The position numbers and the translations under genes are program-made. A stretch of 64,000 nt of DNA from Phoronis australis (taxonomy: Eukaryota > Animalia > Phoronida). A model generated the notes under the pieces. It was not told the DNA's origin. It saw only the letters and a program-made list of their open reading frames with translations, and did not search any database. The stretch lies in NCBI GenBank assembly GCA_002633005.1, contig NMRA01000150.1, positions 740,053-804,052 on the forward strand, written 5' to 3'. Shown here piece by piece: positions 14,128 through 26,588 of the stretch (its first letter is position 1; each line of letters opens with the position of its first letter).

Positions 14128-16250
14128 TCTACAAATAATCAGAGACCTAACACTTTTTGAGTGATTTGCTAAAATGCAAGAAAATCCCAGTTTTATCACT
14201 GAAACTGGTATTTATCCACGGCTGAAACACGATTCACCAATGGGGATATGGGCGCCTGGGACTGACTGGTAAAGCACCTACTTTTGAATTAAAAAAGACC
14301 AAGTTATAATTCGCGGTTGTAGGATACATATTGATAATATTCTTACCAATCACTAACATCTAATCGCAACTCCTGCGCACCTTCAGCCTGTTGACGTTCA
14401 CAGGACGAACCCGCTGGAAGTGAGTCTTCGGCGACCAGAGAAAGGGCCGTGAACGAGATCGAGGGAGAACGGCTGCACTACAGAAAAGATGTGAACACAT
14501 ATTGTTCCTCTGGGATCTGTCACCTCCACGTCCGAAAGGTCGGAATCATCTGAAAAGTCCACCTGTCCGTCCCTGTATCGTTCAAAGTATTCCTCATCTA
14601 CGCTGCTGTACTCACTTGGACACACAGTGTTCCCTTTGTGTTCCCCAACACCACGTCACAGATCTATGTGTAACGAACGAAAATGGCGCCGTTTCTATTC
14701 TCCGTTACAACGATGGCGTTACAACACCACGGCACTAAATATGTACATAACTTTGTATAGCGGCGTACAATTCAGTTAATGTTAAGAATATAGCAATGAT
14801 AATTATAAATTAGAATTTAGACCATATTGTTGTTCAGATTGGTTTGGACATTGGAATTTCCTCTTTAATTAGACCGTGTTGTTCGACTTCCGACTGTGAC
14901 ATTGAACTTGCACGCCTGACATCAACTTGCGTGTTTACGAAACGTTTTTACTTTAAAACGTCCTGGTCTTTGCAAATGCCCTTGTTAGTGGCTAAAATCT
15001 CCCGACGACGTGTCCGGATTTTATTCTTGACGTGATGAAAATTATTTTTTGTTGAGGCCCCCATACACAATAAGCCACAGGTAAGTCTGTCCGTAGGATA
15101 TCGCGCGTTTAAAGTAGTGTAGATAGTGAACAGCAGCAGCCGAATGAGACGGAGCCAAAGTAAAACTGGTTAAAAATCAAACATAGCCCAAGGCCCAGCA
15201 CTCAGAAAGGGGCGCGGCGCACACGCAATTGTTACAGAGACATTGCATCCCTGTCCTATGTTGTGTAAGTGCTGGTGTGCTATAACACATATCAAAAACT
15301 AATGTACATCCACGTAACCACGTTTCACTACCTTTACAAATTGTCTGTTGCTCTCTGATAAGCATCGCAGATGCAAGAATCTCGCTAAAGAAGATAGTGT
15401 GATCGTGTGCTTCGTTTGCAATGCCTCACCATACGTCTGGACGTCTTCAGTCTAGCGTGTTCGTGAGATTCTCACCCTTGCGCTTCTGGTCGCAGACTAG
15501 GGTAGAGTTCAGTAGCTGTCTTGGGAAATACAAAAATCTAGCCAAAATCACGCTTTCAATTAAAAAACACAATGCCTCACGTAATTTCACGAATTCTTGC
15601 TTTTTAGCGAAGTTCTAGCGTTACGAGCTTTACCCCAGATGTAAACCTAAATAAGATTTAACTTGCGGCGACCCAATTTTGCTTGCTCATCCACTGGTCT
15701 GTGTACTTGTGGTCTTGTTAATTCTCACCCTGTACCGTCTGAGGTACAACACCCTGAACTCCATGGTGTCCCGAGATTAAGATGAATCCCGACAAGGACA
15801 CCGGGACCCTGTGGCACTCTCTGTCTGCGGCGACTAAGAAAATCCTCCACCAATCATTTCGAAAAATGGCAAGTCAGTTGAATCAGATTTGGTAGTCGTT
15901 GCTTCTTTTGGTCCTAGGGGTAGGCTAACAAGAATACAGGACCTGGAGTCCGATGCAACGGGCTTGGAACCTGATAGGTGTTTCCGACCCGGAGTTCCAT
16001 ATCTACTTTCCACTGGACCTTGTCTTCTTGTCCATGTTACCGCCTTCAGTTGATAGTTTTGAGACAAAAAAGAAACGTGATCTTAAACTACAGACCATGT
16101 TTTTTGTATTACTTAATATAGTTTTAGAGGCATTTCAGCTGTAAGTGTGTTTAATTGTGTTGACTGTTACATTGCTAATTATTATTGTTCTATTTTTACC
16201 CGAGGTGATGCCTTACTTGCAGCAAGGGTAAATAATTTTGGGAAGTATTA

Positions 16251-16515
16251 CTAGCGATTTCCGTATATAAGTTGGGGAAACCAAACGTCTTATGTAAAAA
16301 TACACCAGGGCCTATACTCAGCAATGCCGAATACACGAACACAGTATAAATACTGTAGCTCACCCTAATTATATCCTAGTGGGAATAGCATTATTTTTAG
16401 ATTTCAAGCATGCATTTTTATTCTCAGATATGCATCCCAGGTATATTTTAGGGAAAAATTTAAGATACGCAAATTGGCCATATATTCTCCTGGACTTATA
16501 TACGGAAATCTACGG
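16251..16515. mobile_element. Small Tc2/pogo-like MITE
   Basis: Inverted repeat GATTTCCGTATATAAGT (16256) / ACTTATATACGGAAATC (to 16510), followed by TACGG. Confidence 0.5.
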
Positions 16516-19500
16516 TGGATCTTCTTAAACCTGTCAACCATGAAAATTTCATTGAGACAGTTTTGTTCTACTAACATGTTCAACTAACATTCCGTTCATG
16601 CAAGTCGGTCAGTACGTTCGCATTTAAGGCGTTATTGCAACAGGTAAGTGTTGTTTTGATTTTTGTTTGGTGTTTCCATATTTTATTTTGTTATGTATTC
16701 CTGTCTTCAGATAGTCACTGTTATTCTTCAACAACATTTCTGTACTTATAATGAGACTTCAGTAAACTCGCGACTGTTCATACTTTAAATGTTAGCAGAA
16801 GTGTGTAATGTCCATCAGCAGAGACCTGTGGGAAGAACTATTTTCCGTAACTGTAGCAAATATATGACGAAATGAAATGAAAACGGTCGACATAGATGAA
16901 TTGTAATTGGTTAAATATACATTAAGAAAGAAAATTAAGTATATAAATAGTAGAATGGTACTTGAATTGCCTGGTTTACGTCCTTCATGAGTTCACCTGT
17001 CCCAAATTGAGTGCTTTCGTTTTTCTTTTCAGGTCGTCACTAGTCGATTCTTCTAACAGTCGTGATCTGCCCAGTATCCTATTGTATCAACGTGCGCAAC
17101 AACGGTCTTGGCAGGGGGTTGCACCTAGTAGACTCCCTTAGAATTAGTGGCGCAAAATCGACATTGGTGTGCAACAGGAGGCCGAGGGGGGGGGGTGGCG
17201 GCGTAAATTAGTAGTGACTGACGGAGACTGAGCTGCGCGAAATTGGTGACGACCGTGGACGGCGCTAAACTGGTGACGACCAGAAGAAACGGCCCTGTTA
17301 TCTTCCACGCAGATTACCAGAAAATGTTAACGATTATCAGTTTCATTTCATCCACAAACAGATTTCACAAGTCAGAGTTTTCACTGTGGTTAAAAACGTA
17401 AGCGAACCCAGATGTGTTAGGTCACCTCAGTTGCATGAAGACGCGCCAGTGTATCACTGAGTTAACATCGGGCGTTTCAAAGGCTGTGGATGAGAAAGGT
17501 TTTAATTGTAAAAAAAAAACGGTTGGGTGAATTTGATGTTGGTAGCATTTGAAATTGCATTTGCTTTCTAGACAACGCCCTTATATATACAATATGTTAG
17601 TTAATCGTGTCTTCAGCCGCGCAGCACTGTACTAGTCGACGCATTCCCATCGTTTGCCGCAGTAGGCCTAAACATGTAGAACGACAGCGCTTCTTCAACA
17701 ATTCAGACGACTACCAGGACGACAAATGGGGATCACGAGTCGATGAGAAACTACTCGTTTTATTATCATGATTGTCTTTGTAATCTATTTTGGGTAATTG
17801 TTCAATCGAAGTTTTCATGTTGAAACTGAGCTTTCAGTTAATATGGAAATAAACGTGTCAGAGTTAACTTGCGTTTCGGTTTGTAACCAGCAGACAATGC
17901 ATGGATACGTTTAATAAACATAAATATATGCTAATGTTCTTGTCATTGTTCGTCACTTTCTTCATTGAACTCGTTCCCACATCCATTACTGTTACGTTTA
18001 ATGCAAAATTCATTAAAATTGAGAAAGCGCATGTTTTGATGGTCGGGAACTCTCTTTGTGCGCCGAATACGCAAGTCCAGCTTTTTATTGGGAAACCATG
18101 CGTCGACAGCGCAAACTCGACATTTTTTATTGAGGAAACGCATTTTGTACAAAAGAGAATCGGTTATCTGTAACGTTTCATGTGCGTCAACAACGCAAAC
18201 CAGACCCGCTCATTGAAAAGCCCATATTTGTCACCAGGAAGACTCTTCACAACGCAGCCCGATATTTCAAGTGAGATAGCGCAGTTTTGAAAAGATTCCG
18301 TCACTTACCGAGAACGGTTTTTGAGCATCGTCAATGCAAGCCGAATATTTCATATTGAGAAAGCACATCTTTGAAAAGAAGAACCAACTCTTGTTGGGAA
18401 CGGTCTTTGTGCGTCGACGGCGCACATTTCTTAATTGGGAAAGCCAGATTTTCAAAAATTAATCGCTCAGACCATTTGAGTCTCATTTACCTGCAATTAT
18501 ACTGCTATCAAATGACCGAGCCAGCAATGTTGATACTACGACCGCTCATCGAAATAATGTACACCCACGAAATTCGGACACTAGCGGAAACCCAAATTTG
18601 GAGGTCCGCTAAATTCGGACACCACAGAAATGATGTTTCGCGAGATTCGTCCAAGAATGAATTTTTTCTATTGGAATTAATTTTCAGTGTCCGAAAATCA
18701 CGCGACTTCACCGTCAGATCAGGCTCAACAAGTTTGTACCATTAGGGTGTTCTCCTGTTCAGTGACTAGGTACTGATACTATCTAGCTCCTTGGTTTACT
18801 GTCGAGCACAGTCTTTTGTCTGGTATGACAACATGCAGGCCAATTATCTACCAGGCTTATTACCAACCACATGTGAACACAGTCAAAACCAGTGCGTTGG
18901 TACGTTCGGACAGAATAGATTGTCTTAACTTCTGTTGTATTTGGGGCGATTTTGGTCTTTCAAAACTTAAACATGATCAGCATTTGACGAGGAATTCAGA
19001 AATGCTATTGGTTTATGTTCAAACATTTATAACTCAACTTTTTTTTTAACAGCACAGCCCAGTCATGCTAGGTAGGATCATATGCGAGATTAGCGCAATT
19101 ATCGAACAAAAGAGAGCTGACCCTCCCACCATAAATGCCAGAATGTACTTAATCACTCAGTACGGGCTACAGTGGTCATACGCCCAACTTGTTGTTGTGC
19201 TGTTCAACCGAACAAGTTGGACTCAACGGGAGTTTGTCATACTTCTACCAGTTGCCTTGTCTTAGCTGTCAATTTTATGCGTGAAGCATGGTCTGTAACA
19301 TTAAAGGCGAAGGCAACCTTTTTCCATGTCATTTTGAGCTAAAATAAGGTTGGTTGGTTATCCTAGACATATTTTCCACTTAATTACAGCTTTTCGTAAT
19401 TTTATTAAGTACTCGTCCTCTCTTCCGGAAGTGACGTTTTAGGAGGCAAGCATTTCGCGCCAATTTCTTTTCATATAGTCTGACTGTGAGAGCTGCCGAG

Positions 19501-19569
19501 TCAGTCATTGTTCTACCTCGGTTGTGTTAAGTTCCGTCGTCGTTAGCTTTCATTTACTAGTCAGTCAAT

Positions 19570-20115
19570 ATGCCACACTGTTGCTGCGTACCAGGATATA
19601 CTAATTATCGGCTCACGCGCGCTTTGGGAGTACCTTTGCATCGCTTTCCGATGGATGACACGCTTCGCCGTACTTGGCTCCTTCGTGTGAAGAACGCAGT
19701 GTTACCCGTCCACGCAACGTACAAAGCAGTGGAGAATTACCGTGTGTGTGGCAAGCACTTTCTGCCGTCCGATTACGAAAGGGATTTGTTCGCTGAACTG
19801 ATGAAGGTCCCTGCGAAGCAACGTCTGAAGAAGGTTGTCATTCCGTCTGTGTTGATTCCTGGCAGTGCCCCGTCGCCACCCTCGAGAAGTGCGTGTTTGA
19901 AGCGAGAAACCTCGCGAGCTGTGGCCAGTACAGTGACTGGAGCCAGGGGAGGCACTACATCTGCTGTCACCCGTGCCTCCGAACGTACCCCACAGCGTGC
20001 AATTCCTGGAACCAGTATTGATTCGCTCTGTGCTGTTTTCTCCAGCCCAGAGCCTCTAAGCAGCCCTGCAGCGATATTGAGTAGTGGGAGTGATTACAGG
20101 CTCGACACCCAGTGA
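19570..20115 (+). CDS. THAP zinc-finger ORF (N-terminus of Kolobok transposase); continues by frameshift into a C2CH finger (20115-20350)
   Basis: MPHCCCVPGY..LHRFP..LRRTWL..RVCGKHF..DY..LKKVVIPSV; next frame KFIVDLSKVLELFRRCQVC..WECVAGH..W. Confidence 0.8.
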   Translation: MPHCCCVPGYTNYRLTRALGVPLHRFPMDDTLRRTWLLRVKNAVLPVHATYKAVENYRVCGKHFLPSDYERDLFAELMKVPAKQRLKKVVIPSVLIPGSAPSPPSRSACLKRETSRAVASTVTGARGGTTSAVTRASERTPQRAIPGTSIDSLCAVFSSPEPLSSPAAILSSGSDYRLDTQ

Positions 20116-20359
20116 AGAGGACAGTTCGTCGTCCGGTGAACAGATCGGTGAGCCAAACTTTGATAAGTTTATTGTGGACTTGTCTAAAGTGTTGGAGCTA
20201 TTTAGAAGGTGCCAGGTGTGTGGCGAGGGAGTCACACGACACGATGTAAGCAGTTTGAGTACTCAGGTCACCATCCAGTGGGAGTGTGTCGCGGGACACT
20301 CTGGCAAGTGGGACAGTTGTTCCTCTGTCCGTGGTATGCCGGAGGTCCACTTAACCATG

Positions 20360-20658
20360 TCCAGTAGTGACTTGGCCTTGTTGAACTCTGAACAGCACAA
20401 GCATTCCATTGAGGTAGGCATAACAACGCACACAGTGCATTTGCACCAAGATGTGTCACCACGTCTGTCCTCAGTAGCCGCCTCGTTTCTCTCAACAGCT
20501 GTCTGTGCCTGTGCGTACTCTGGCTCGTTATACTCGGGCTCAAACATGTACCCACCCACTGAATGTCCGTGAAAAAATTCCTCGTCACCACTGCTGTGAA
20601 CAAGGTCTCCGTCACGCACACTACTGTCACTGTGATACGGGTCACCGACTCCTGCCAT
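20360..20658 (-). pseudogene. KolX N-terminal part, truncated by the internal deletion
   Basis: GYMFEPEY...WCKCTVCVVMPTSMECLCCSEF, the typical KolX/P2X7-C motif. Confidence 0.8.
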
Positions 20659-22073
20659 TTTCAGGTTACAACACGCTAAACAATCCCTAAATCCAACGTA
20701 GTTGAGGTCTCCACTAACCTATCTTGCCGCAGAGTACTCGCTGATGGAAAGTGGTGGCAACAATTGTTGAAAAACAGCACAAAACAAAAGTAGAATAGAA
20801 CAGATTCGCACGGTAAAGTCAACGCAAAACCAAGTGGCGGGAAACGCTTGCCTCCTAAAACGTCACTTCCGGAGTAGCGGACGAGTAATCTATAAAATTG
20901 CGAAAAGCTGTAATTAAGTGGAAAATATGCCTAGGATAACCAACCAACCTTATTTTAGCTCAAAATGACATGGAAAAAGGTTGCCTTCGCCTTTAACATT
21001 CTGGGAGCTCTTTACATGTCAAGAAACTAAACCAGGGCAGAGGATTGGTTTTATTTTACATTAACAATTAACACATGTATGATCACAGTTATTTGAAATG
21101 ACACTAGGACCTTGTAAAGTCTTCTTTGTGATTTTATACTGCTAGGTGTCGTTCTTTGACTCGACAATGGGTAGTCACCCAAGGATCATTCTTAACTTTT
21201 ATAATCTTGTCAACACAACATTAGGATTTTTTAAGGGCTCCAACTGCATACAAGTCTGTTAAGTCGATTGTTTACAATGAACTCTTACTGTTCTTGTGAT
21301 TCTGCATATTGCTTTAACTGAAGGCTTTCAATATTATAATATGATCGAAGGTGGGAGCTTTTGTTGTGGGTGCCAAAGTTAACAATTAGTGAATGGTACA
21401 AGTTGGGTATTATGAATACACTGTTACTTAACTCTTAGCAATAAAAAGGCTACTAAAACACAACTTGGATATATGATTGGTACAAGGTTTTTGCCGTGAA
21501 GGTTTTCCATACCATTAAAACCTATTGTTTGAAAAAAATGTTTTTTATTGAAATTTACTGAAGTTGTCTCTATCATCTCGCTCATTTTGCACACACAAGG
21601 TTGGACGGTTACCTTAAAACTCCACGCAGCGCAGTTTCAAACTGATTTAAGCCAACTGCATGGCAGAATGGGATCCTAGAAGTTATACACTTTTATTTGA
21701 TCCCATTAACAGCTACATGAAATTTCAACAGTAAATGTGTTTTTTTGCCTTTGCCACTGATTGCATGTTGTGTGAAGATTTTTTTCAGTTTTTGTTTAGT
21801 GCTCCTCCGCGAAGGGTTAGAAACTCACGATTTATGTTTCCCATTCTCGTTTTTGGGGTTGGTCTTATAGATAGCCTCCGCGAATTACATGTATCTAAAA
21901 ATAAACAAAACACCAAAATGAACTTAGGCTAATTTGGGGGTGGACCCTTTCACCACTGAGTTGACCAAAAGACGTCACTGGTGTATGCCCTTTTCATGGC
22001 CTCTAGACCGATTTGTTGTGTTTTCACTGACTTGCTGTTTACACTTGATGTCTGTCTGTTCTTATTTCAATAG

Positions 22074-22301
22074 GTGATCGGCTCCATAACTTTGTTGTCA
22101 AGGTAACCAACATCTCAAGCTTATCTGCTCCATACCAACGGTGTAGTTTCTACCCAGGAAAAGCTAGCACAGGAGCTACACTACGTATAAACTGTAGTCC
22201 TCATCCAGTGTTTGGGCGCTATTTGTATATACAGATTGTCGATCGACTTGTGGCCCTCACGCTGTGTGAAGTAGAAGTTCATGGTGTTGTGATTTCTTCC
22301 G
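22074..22301 (+). CDS. Receptor exon: F-type lectin domain 1, C-half
   Basis: tcaatag acceptor and G|gtgagt donor; 228 nt, phase 1-1; GDRLHNFVVKV..C..YPG..INC..GRYLYIQ..LTLCEVEVHG (missed by the ORF track). Confidence 0.92.
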
Positions 22302-22555
22302 GTGAGTTGTTGCATACTTGTCAGCAGAAAAGTATCAAGGTTGAGATGAATTAAATAAACAAAAGTGAAAATTTGTGATCCATTACAGGTATTTCATAGT
22401 CAAATTGTAGAGCCAATACACTATGTTTTGCACATCAAGCACAATGCTCATTCAACTCGCTTTCAGAATATCTGAGATCATTTAAATTTCTTGATAGGGT
22501 GACTCTGGGTATGGTAGAATGTTTAACTTTGGGGAAAGGTACCTCAAATGTCATA

Positions 22556-22935
22556 CTGTACACAGTGTTCTTACACATGTTGTACAATGTGATCTGTACA
22601 CAGTGATCTTACACATGTTGCACAATGTGACCTGTACACAGTGTCCTTACACATGTTGTACAATGTGTTGCTGTACACAGGGTCCTTACACATGTTGTAC
22701 AATGTGATCTGTACACAGGGTTCTTACACATGTTGTACAATGTGTTGCTGTACACAGTGTCCTTACACATGTTGTACAATGTGACCTGTACACAGTGTCC
22801 TTACACATGTTGTACAATGTGTTACTGTACGCAGTGTTCTTACACATGTTGTACAATGTGTTGCTGTACACAGTGTCCTTACACATGTTGTACAATGTGA
22901 TTTGTACACAGTGTCCTTACACATGTTGCACAATG
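22556..22935. repeat. Minisatellite, 38/41-bp unit, ~10 copies
   Basis: CTGTACACAGTGTCCTTACACATGTTGTACAATGTG(AC/TTG) repeated. Confidence 0.95.
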
Positions 22936-23348
22936 CTTACTTTATTTCCACTCATTTATACACTGATCCGATGTAACAATTTCATAAAATGTTAATTATA
23001 TGGTGCTAGGCCTCTTCTAAAATGTAACGAGTTGTTACATTTTCATATTTTGGCCAGAATTTGTTGTATCTCTTCGGGAAAAAATGACCACAACAAAATT
23101 TTTCATGGAGACTTCAATTTCGGAAGCCAATTTGATTAAAAAATCACCCGTTACTCCACAATAGTTTGATTTATTTCAGTCAGTGTTTTATTGTCTTGAA
23201 GTCATCGCTGATGCGGTAATTGATCTGCTCCACACACAAGGAGCTAGATCAAAGTTTCTGATTCTGATGGGTTCTGTCTACCAATTTAGTTGTAAAAATC
23301 TATTGACGAAGTACATCTCACCGCTGTATGGGGCAAGTTTCTTAGAGG

Positions 23349-24193
23349 CAGTGTGCGTCACAGATATAATGTTCATGCTGCCAACGAAACTCCTTATAAG
23401 GCAACGAGATGAACTCGGTCAATCTCAATGGGCTGATGGCACCATAAGTAACCAATAATATTCATCTAAGTGAGAAATACACAAACAACAACCAATGAGA
23501 CCCATCAAAAGCAGTTTCATGCAAATGTTTTTGAGACTGATATCGGTATAGTCTGTGTCGTGGGGCCCACGGAATATTGAAAAATGTGCTACGAAAACCA
23601 AAATTCTGGCCTCCCAGAAGACAGCCGTTACATAAACTGCTGCGCAACGGTGTCTTTGCTGACAAAATCTCCTTCGCAGAATTAACCACTGAGCCTTAAT
23701 TATTGTCAATGGGTCAGTTGTCCGCCAAACACAAAAAGGTGACAACAAAAGCGAATAGGCCTAACGCAATGATCAGCAACTTTCGTGCCCACTGCACTTC
23801 CAGTGAGCAGGTAGTGGATTAGGCATATAGGTAGCACTGGGCCTTTGTTTAAATTGACTAGTTGTTCGAGATGAATTGAATGAAAAGATGAGGGATTATT
23901 TACACGCTGCGTTACACCATAAATAGATTAGCGGCCCGGTCTGCCACTTGAGTGAGACCGGTGATTAGGCTGTCCACAACTGACCACTTCCTTAGCCTTT
24001 TTTCAGTTTTATTGGGCTATGGCCAGTTGCCGTCAAGAGTAATTTGAACCAGTGAAGACCTTATTAACGACGACGACGCCTTTTTTACAAAGTAGTCCCT
24101 ATATTTTTAAAATGGTCGCGGGATTTTTAAACAGGACGCTGGATTTTTAAACAGGACGCTGCGACACGTTAAAAGTGGTCGTGGAGAACACTG
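23349..24193. mobile_element. Possible hAT-like non-autonomous insertion (unit A only)
   Basis: CAGTGT.. start and ..GGAGAACACTG end; absent from unit B; no clean TSD. Confidence 0.3.
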
Positions 24194-25733
24194 AACCCTT
24201 TTGCTACATTGCATAAAAAACTTGCGTCGCATATTTAAAACCATCGCTGATTTCAACGTTGGCCGTTTTTGTTCCATACAACACTTTTAATGAAACCTAG
24301 TACCAATCCCTTACTGTATTCTTTTAATCATATAGGGGGTCAGTTCCACATAAAATTGTTGGATGTTTCGTTTGTCCGTTACCAGCTGTTTTAATGACAC
24401 GGTGACTGCAGCCATAGCCGACTAGCTGCCAGTTCTTGAAAAAATGCCTGCCTCCAGAGTTCAACTAAAGGAAATTTTTACTAAGTTACACATCATCGAG
24501 GAATGAGCCAGAGTTCTTTGAGAAGGAAATTTGTTTTCAGCTACAGACAAAAAATGATAACATGGTGGACTCACGTTTAGATGCAAGTCCCAAGTAAAAG
24601 ATTACAGTCTGAATTCAGTTCTTCATGGCAAACTACAGAAGGATATAGTTATATTACAAACACTTCCGAGCTTGCCAATAGTTCAAAAATAATCAATTTT
24701 TGAAGTTGGTGAATTCTATAGAAGAGGTTTATGAAAAGTGACTCCTAAAAGGGTGTTTTCTCACAGCTAAAGAATACTCTCCAAAATTTTACGAAATTAT
24801 TACATGCACCCACATATCCACATTTCCATCATCTCTGTCTAGGCATCTGCAGTCTGATACTGTATTTACAGGATCTTAGCAAAATTTGGAAAATATGTTC
24901 CTGTGATGCTAGAGAAAGAAAATGGATTTTGGACTGATTCAGTCACTGCTGTGCCCTCTAGTGGCAAATTTGTTTTTCATAAAATTTGGCAAATAAGTTT
25001 CTATTACAGAGACAACTATACCTTTTTATTTTTTGATGGATTTGACGTATTCTGTTCCACCTAGTGACCATTTTTAAGATTTTCAAGTGTTTTTTTGTCA
25101 TCCACCTCTCTATCCGCCAATCCTGCCAAAAACGTAACGAAAGTTGGCATATATGTTGTATTGAAAAGAACACGACTGTCCTTGATTTTGGTTAGGTCTG
25201 GGTGACATCCCATGATGAAAACCTGTTTTTATCTTTAATCCCTTTAATCTTTGTCAAATATGGCAGTTTTTTTACCTATGAACATCACTCAAACAATGTA
25301 TTCTCCCAAGAACTATGTGGTAGTAGCAGGTTTGAGACACAAGCGACATTTGATTGTGTTTTTTGTAAATGAAGTATATTTCATCACTGGGGAACATGCG
25401 AGGGTGTCCCAGGACTTTTGAGTCCGGGTTGGGAAATCTACATGACTGTAAACTCGATCGAGCCATTCAGCTAAAAACAACTTGGGTGATAATTGAATTT
25501 CTATAGCCTGGCCATATATTACTGACACTCAGAAAATGTCATCTCCACTGACTCTGACTTGGGATCTCTCAGAGTCTATAGAAATAAGAACCTTGGCGTG
25601 ACCGCACGGCACCACTTGCGACATTGTGGAATCCATGTTCGTATCACCTCTTAGACCACAATCCTGAACTTTCCAGAATCTACGGAATCATTCAACAAAC
25701 AAATATACTCGAGAATGTTCCAGACCACTGGTT

Positions 25734-25904
25734 TCTTTATTAAAAACCGGACGATCGCCGCACAAATAAAAAAGTTCATGTTCAATTCAACGTTTCGTCT
25801 TTTCATTAGATATCATCAGGATCATATTTACAACAATTTATTTACAACTTTTTTATTTGTGCGGCGATCGTCCGGTTTTTGATCTTTGTGGCCAAAAACT
25901 GATT
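25734..25904 (-). mobile_element. Penelope-like pLTR fragment with a 35-bp inversion and a minimal hammerhead-like core
   Basis: Insertion absent from unit A; perfect inverted repeat 25742-25776 / 25846-25880; minus strand CTGATGA-tatct-aatgaaa-agac-GAAACGTT (25819-25789). Confidence 0.6.
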
Positions 25905-26588
25905 TGGTTCTATATTTGTCACTAATATGCTGGAACGTGTTAGAATGTTGTCTAGTGTGCTATTGTAAACAACTTACATCATCACTTGACCTCTTGGGTC
26001 ATGTCAATCAAGCGTGAGCTTCTAGTAAACAAATAGAGAATAGCAAAATAAAACATATAGAAATAAAGCAAATGTCAGTCTTCTTCGAACCCTTTGTTTG
26101 CCGTTGCTCTACTCTGTACAAAATGGTGGTTTAAATTGTAGATCACTAAAGATTATTCCAGAGGTAGCAACTTCAAGTAAAATTACATCTCAAACGTTAT
26201 GTTCTGATCATGTAGTTTTTTAGCAAAAAGCATAGGCTTTCTGATTATGAAATGTGGTTATTATTTTTGTTTTTATTGTTATTGTCATTTCAGCAAAATG
26301 TAAAACTCGCTCCCTCTCCCTCCCTTGTTCTACACCGGCCTCTCCATCTCTATTCATCCTTCCCTCCCACCTTTCCTTCTACTCACTGATGTCAAATTTA
26401 AAATGATTGTTCCTGATATTTCTTCAGACTTGCCATTGTCTTGTATGTTACCAAAATGTGTTTTACATGGTTAACTGCTAATTTATATTTCTCTCTAAGC
26501 TTAATGACCATTCTTGTCAAAGACATTGTCCCCTCAGTTTTATTGTTTCCCTAAAAATAACTTCTGCATTATTTTGGTTTTATTTCAG

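Larger units (their letters stand above)
10240..14864 (+). mobile_element. Degenerate Kolobok DNA transposon (THAP on +, KolX on -), spanning the N-gap
   Basis: TTAA at both sides (10236-39, 14865-68); AG..CT ends with 16/21 TIR match; inner inverted repeat GTGAC(A/G)TGGTGTTGGGGAACACAAA (10394 and 14635); THAP and KolX relics inside. Confidence 0.8.
9770..18713. mobile_element. Large non-autonomous TIR DNA element (Tc2/pogo-like ends) containing nested elements
   Basis: Left GTAAAGTCGGGTGATTTTCGGAC (9770-9792) versus reverse complement of 18689-18711 GTGAAGTCGCGTGATTTTCGGAC, 21/23 match; subterminal TTCGGAC repeats at both ends; absent from unit B. Confidence 0.65.
19305..20992 (+). mobile_element. 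Internally deleted Kolobok DNA transposon (young)
   Basis: TTAA TSD (19301-04, 20993-96) with an empty site (gtaacaTTAAcattct) in unit B; ~158-bp TIRs starting AGGCGAAGGCAACC; THAP transposase 5' part on + and KolX 5' part on -. Confidence 0.93.
7923..25283 (+). repeat. Intragenic tandem duplication, unit A (expanded by TE insertions)
   Basis: 7923-9769 matches 25281-27268; 19020-19304 plus 20993-21260 matches 27268-27780 and 30085 onward; 21750-22560 matches 30140-30920; 24250-25283 matches 31890-33154. Confidence 0.93.

Noticed and set aside
15400-15700. LINE ORF1-like relic on the minus strand (EQAKLGRRKLNLI)
   Set aside because: A single short motif amid stops; not enough support
20263-20658. 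P2X7-like host gene
   Set aside because: It lies inside TIRs with a TTAA TSD and faces a THAP transposase, so it is Kolobok KolX
22519-22995. Cys/Thr-rich repetitive ORFs
   Set aside because: Translations of the 38/41-bp minisatellite, which is absent from the paralogous unit
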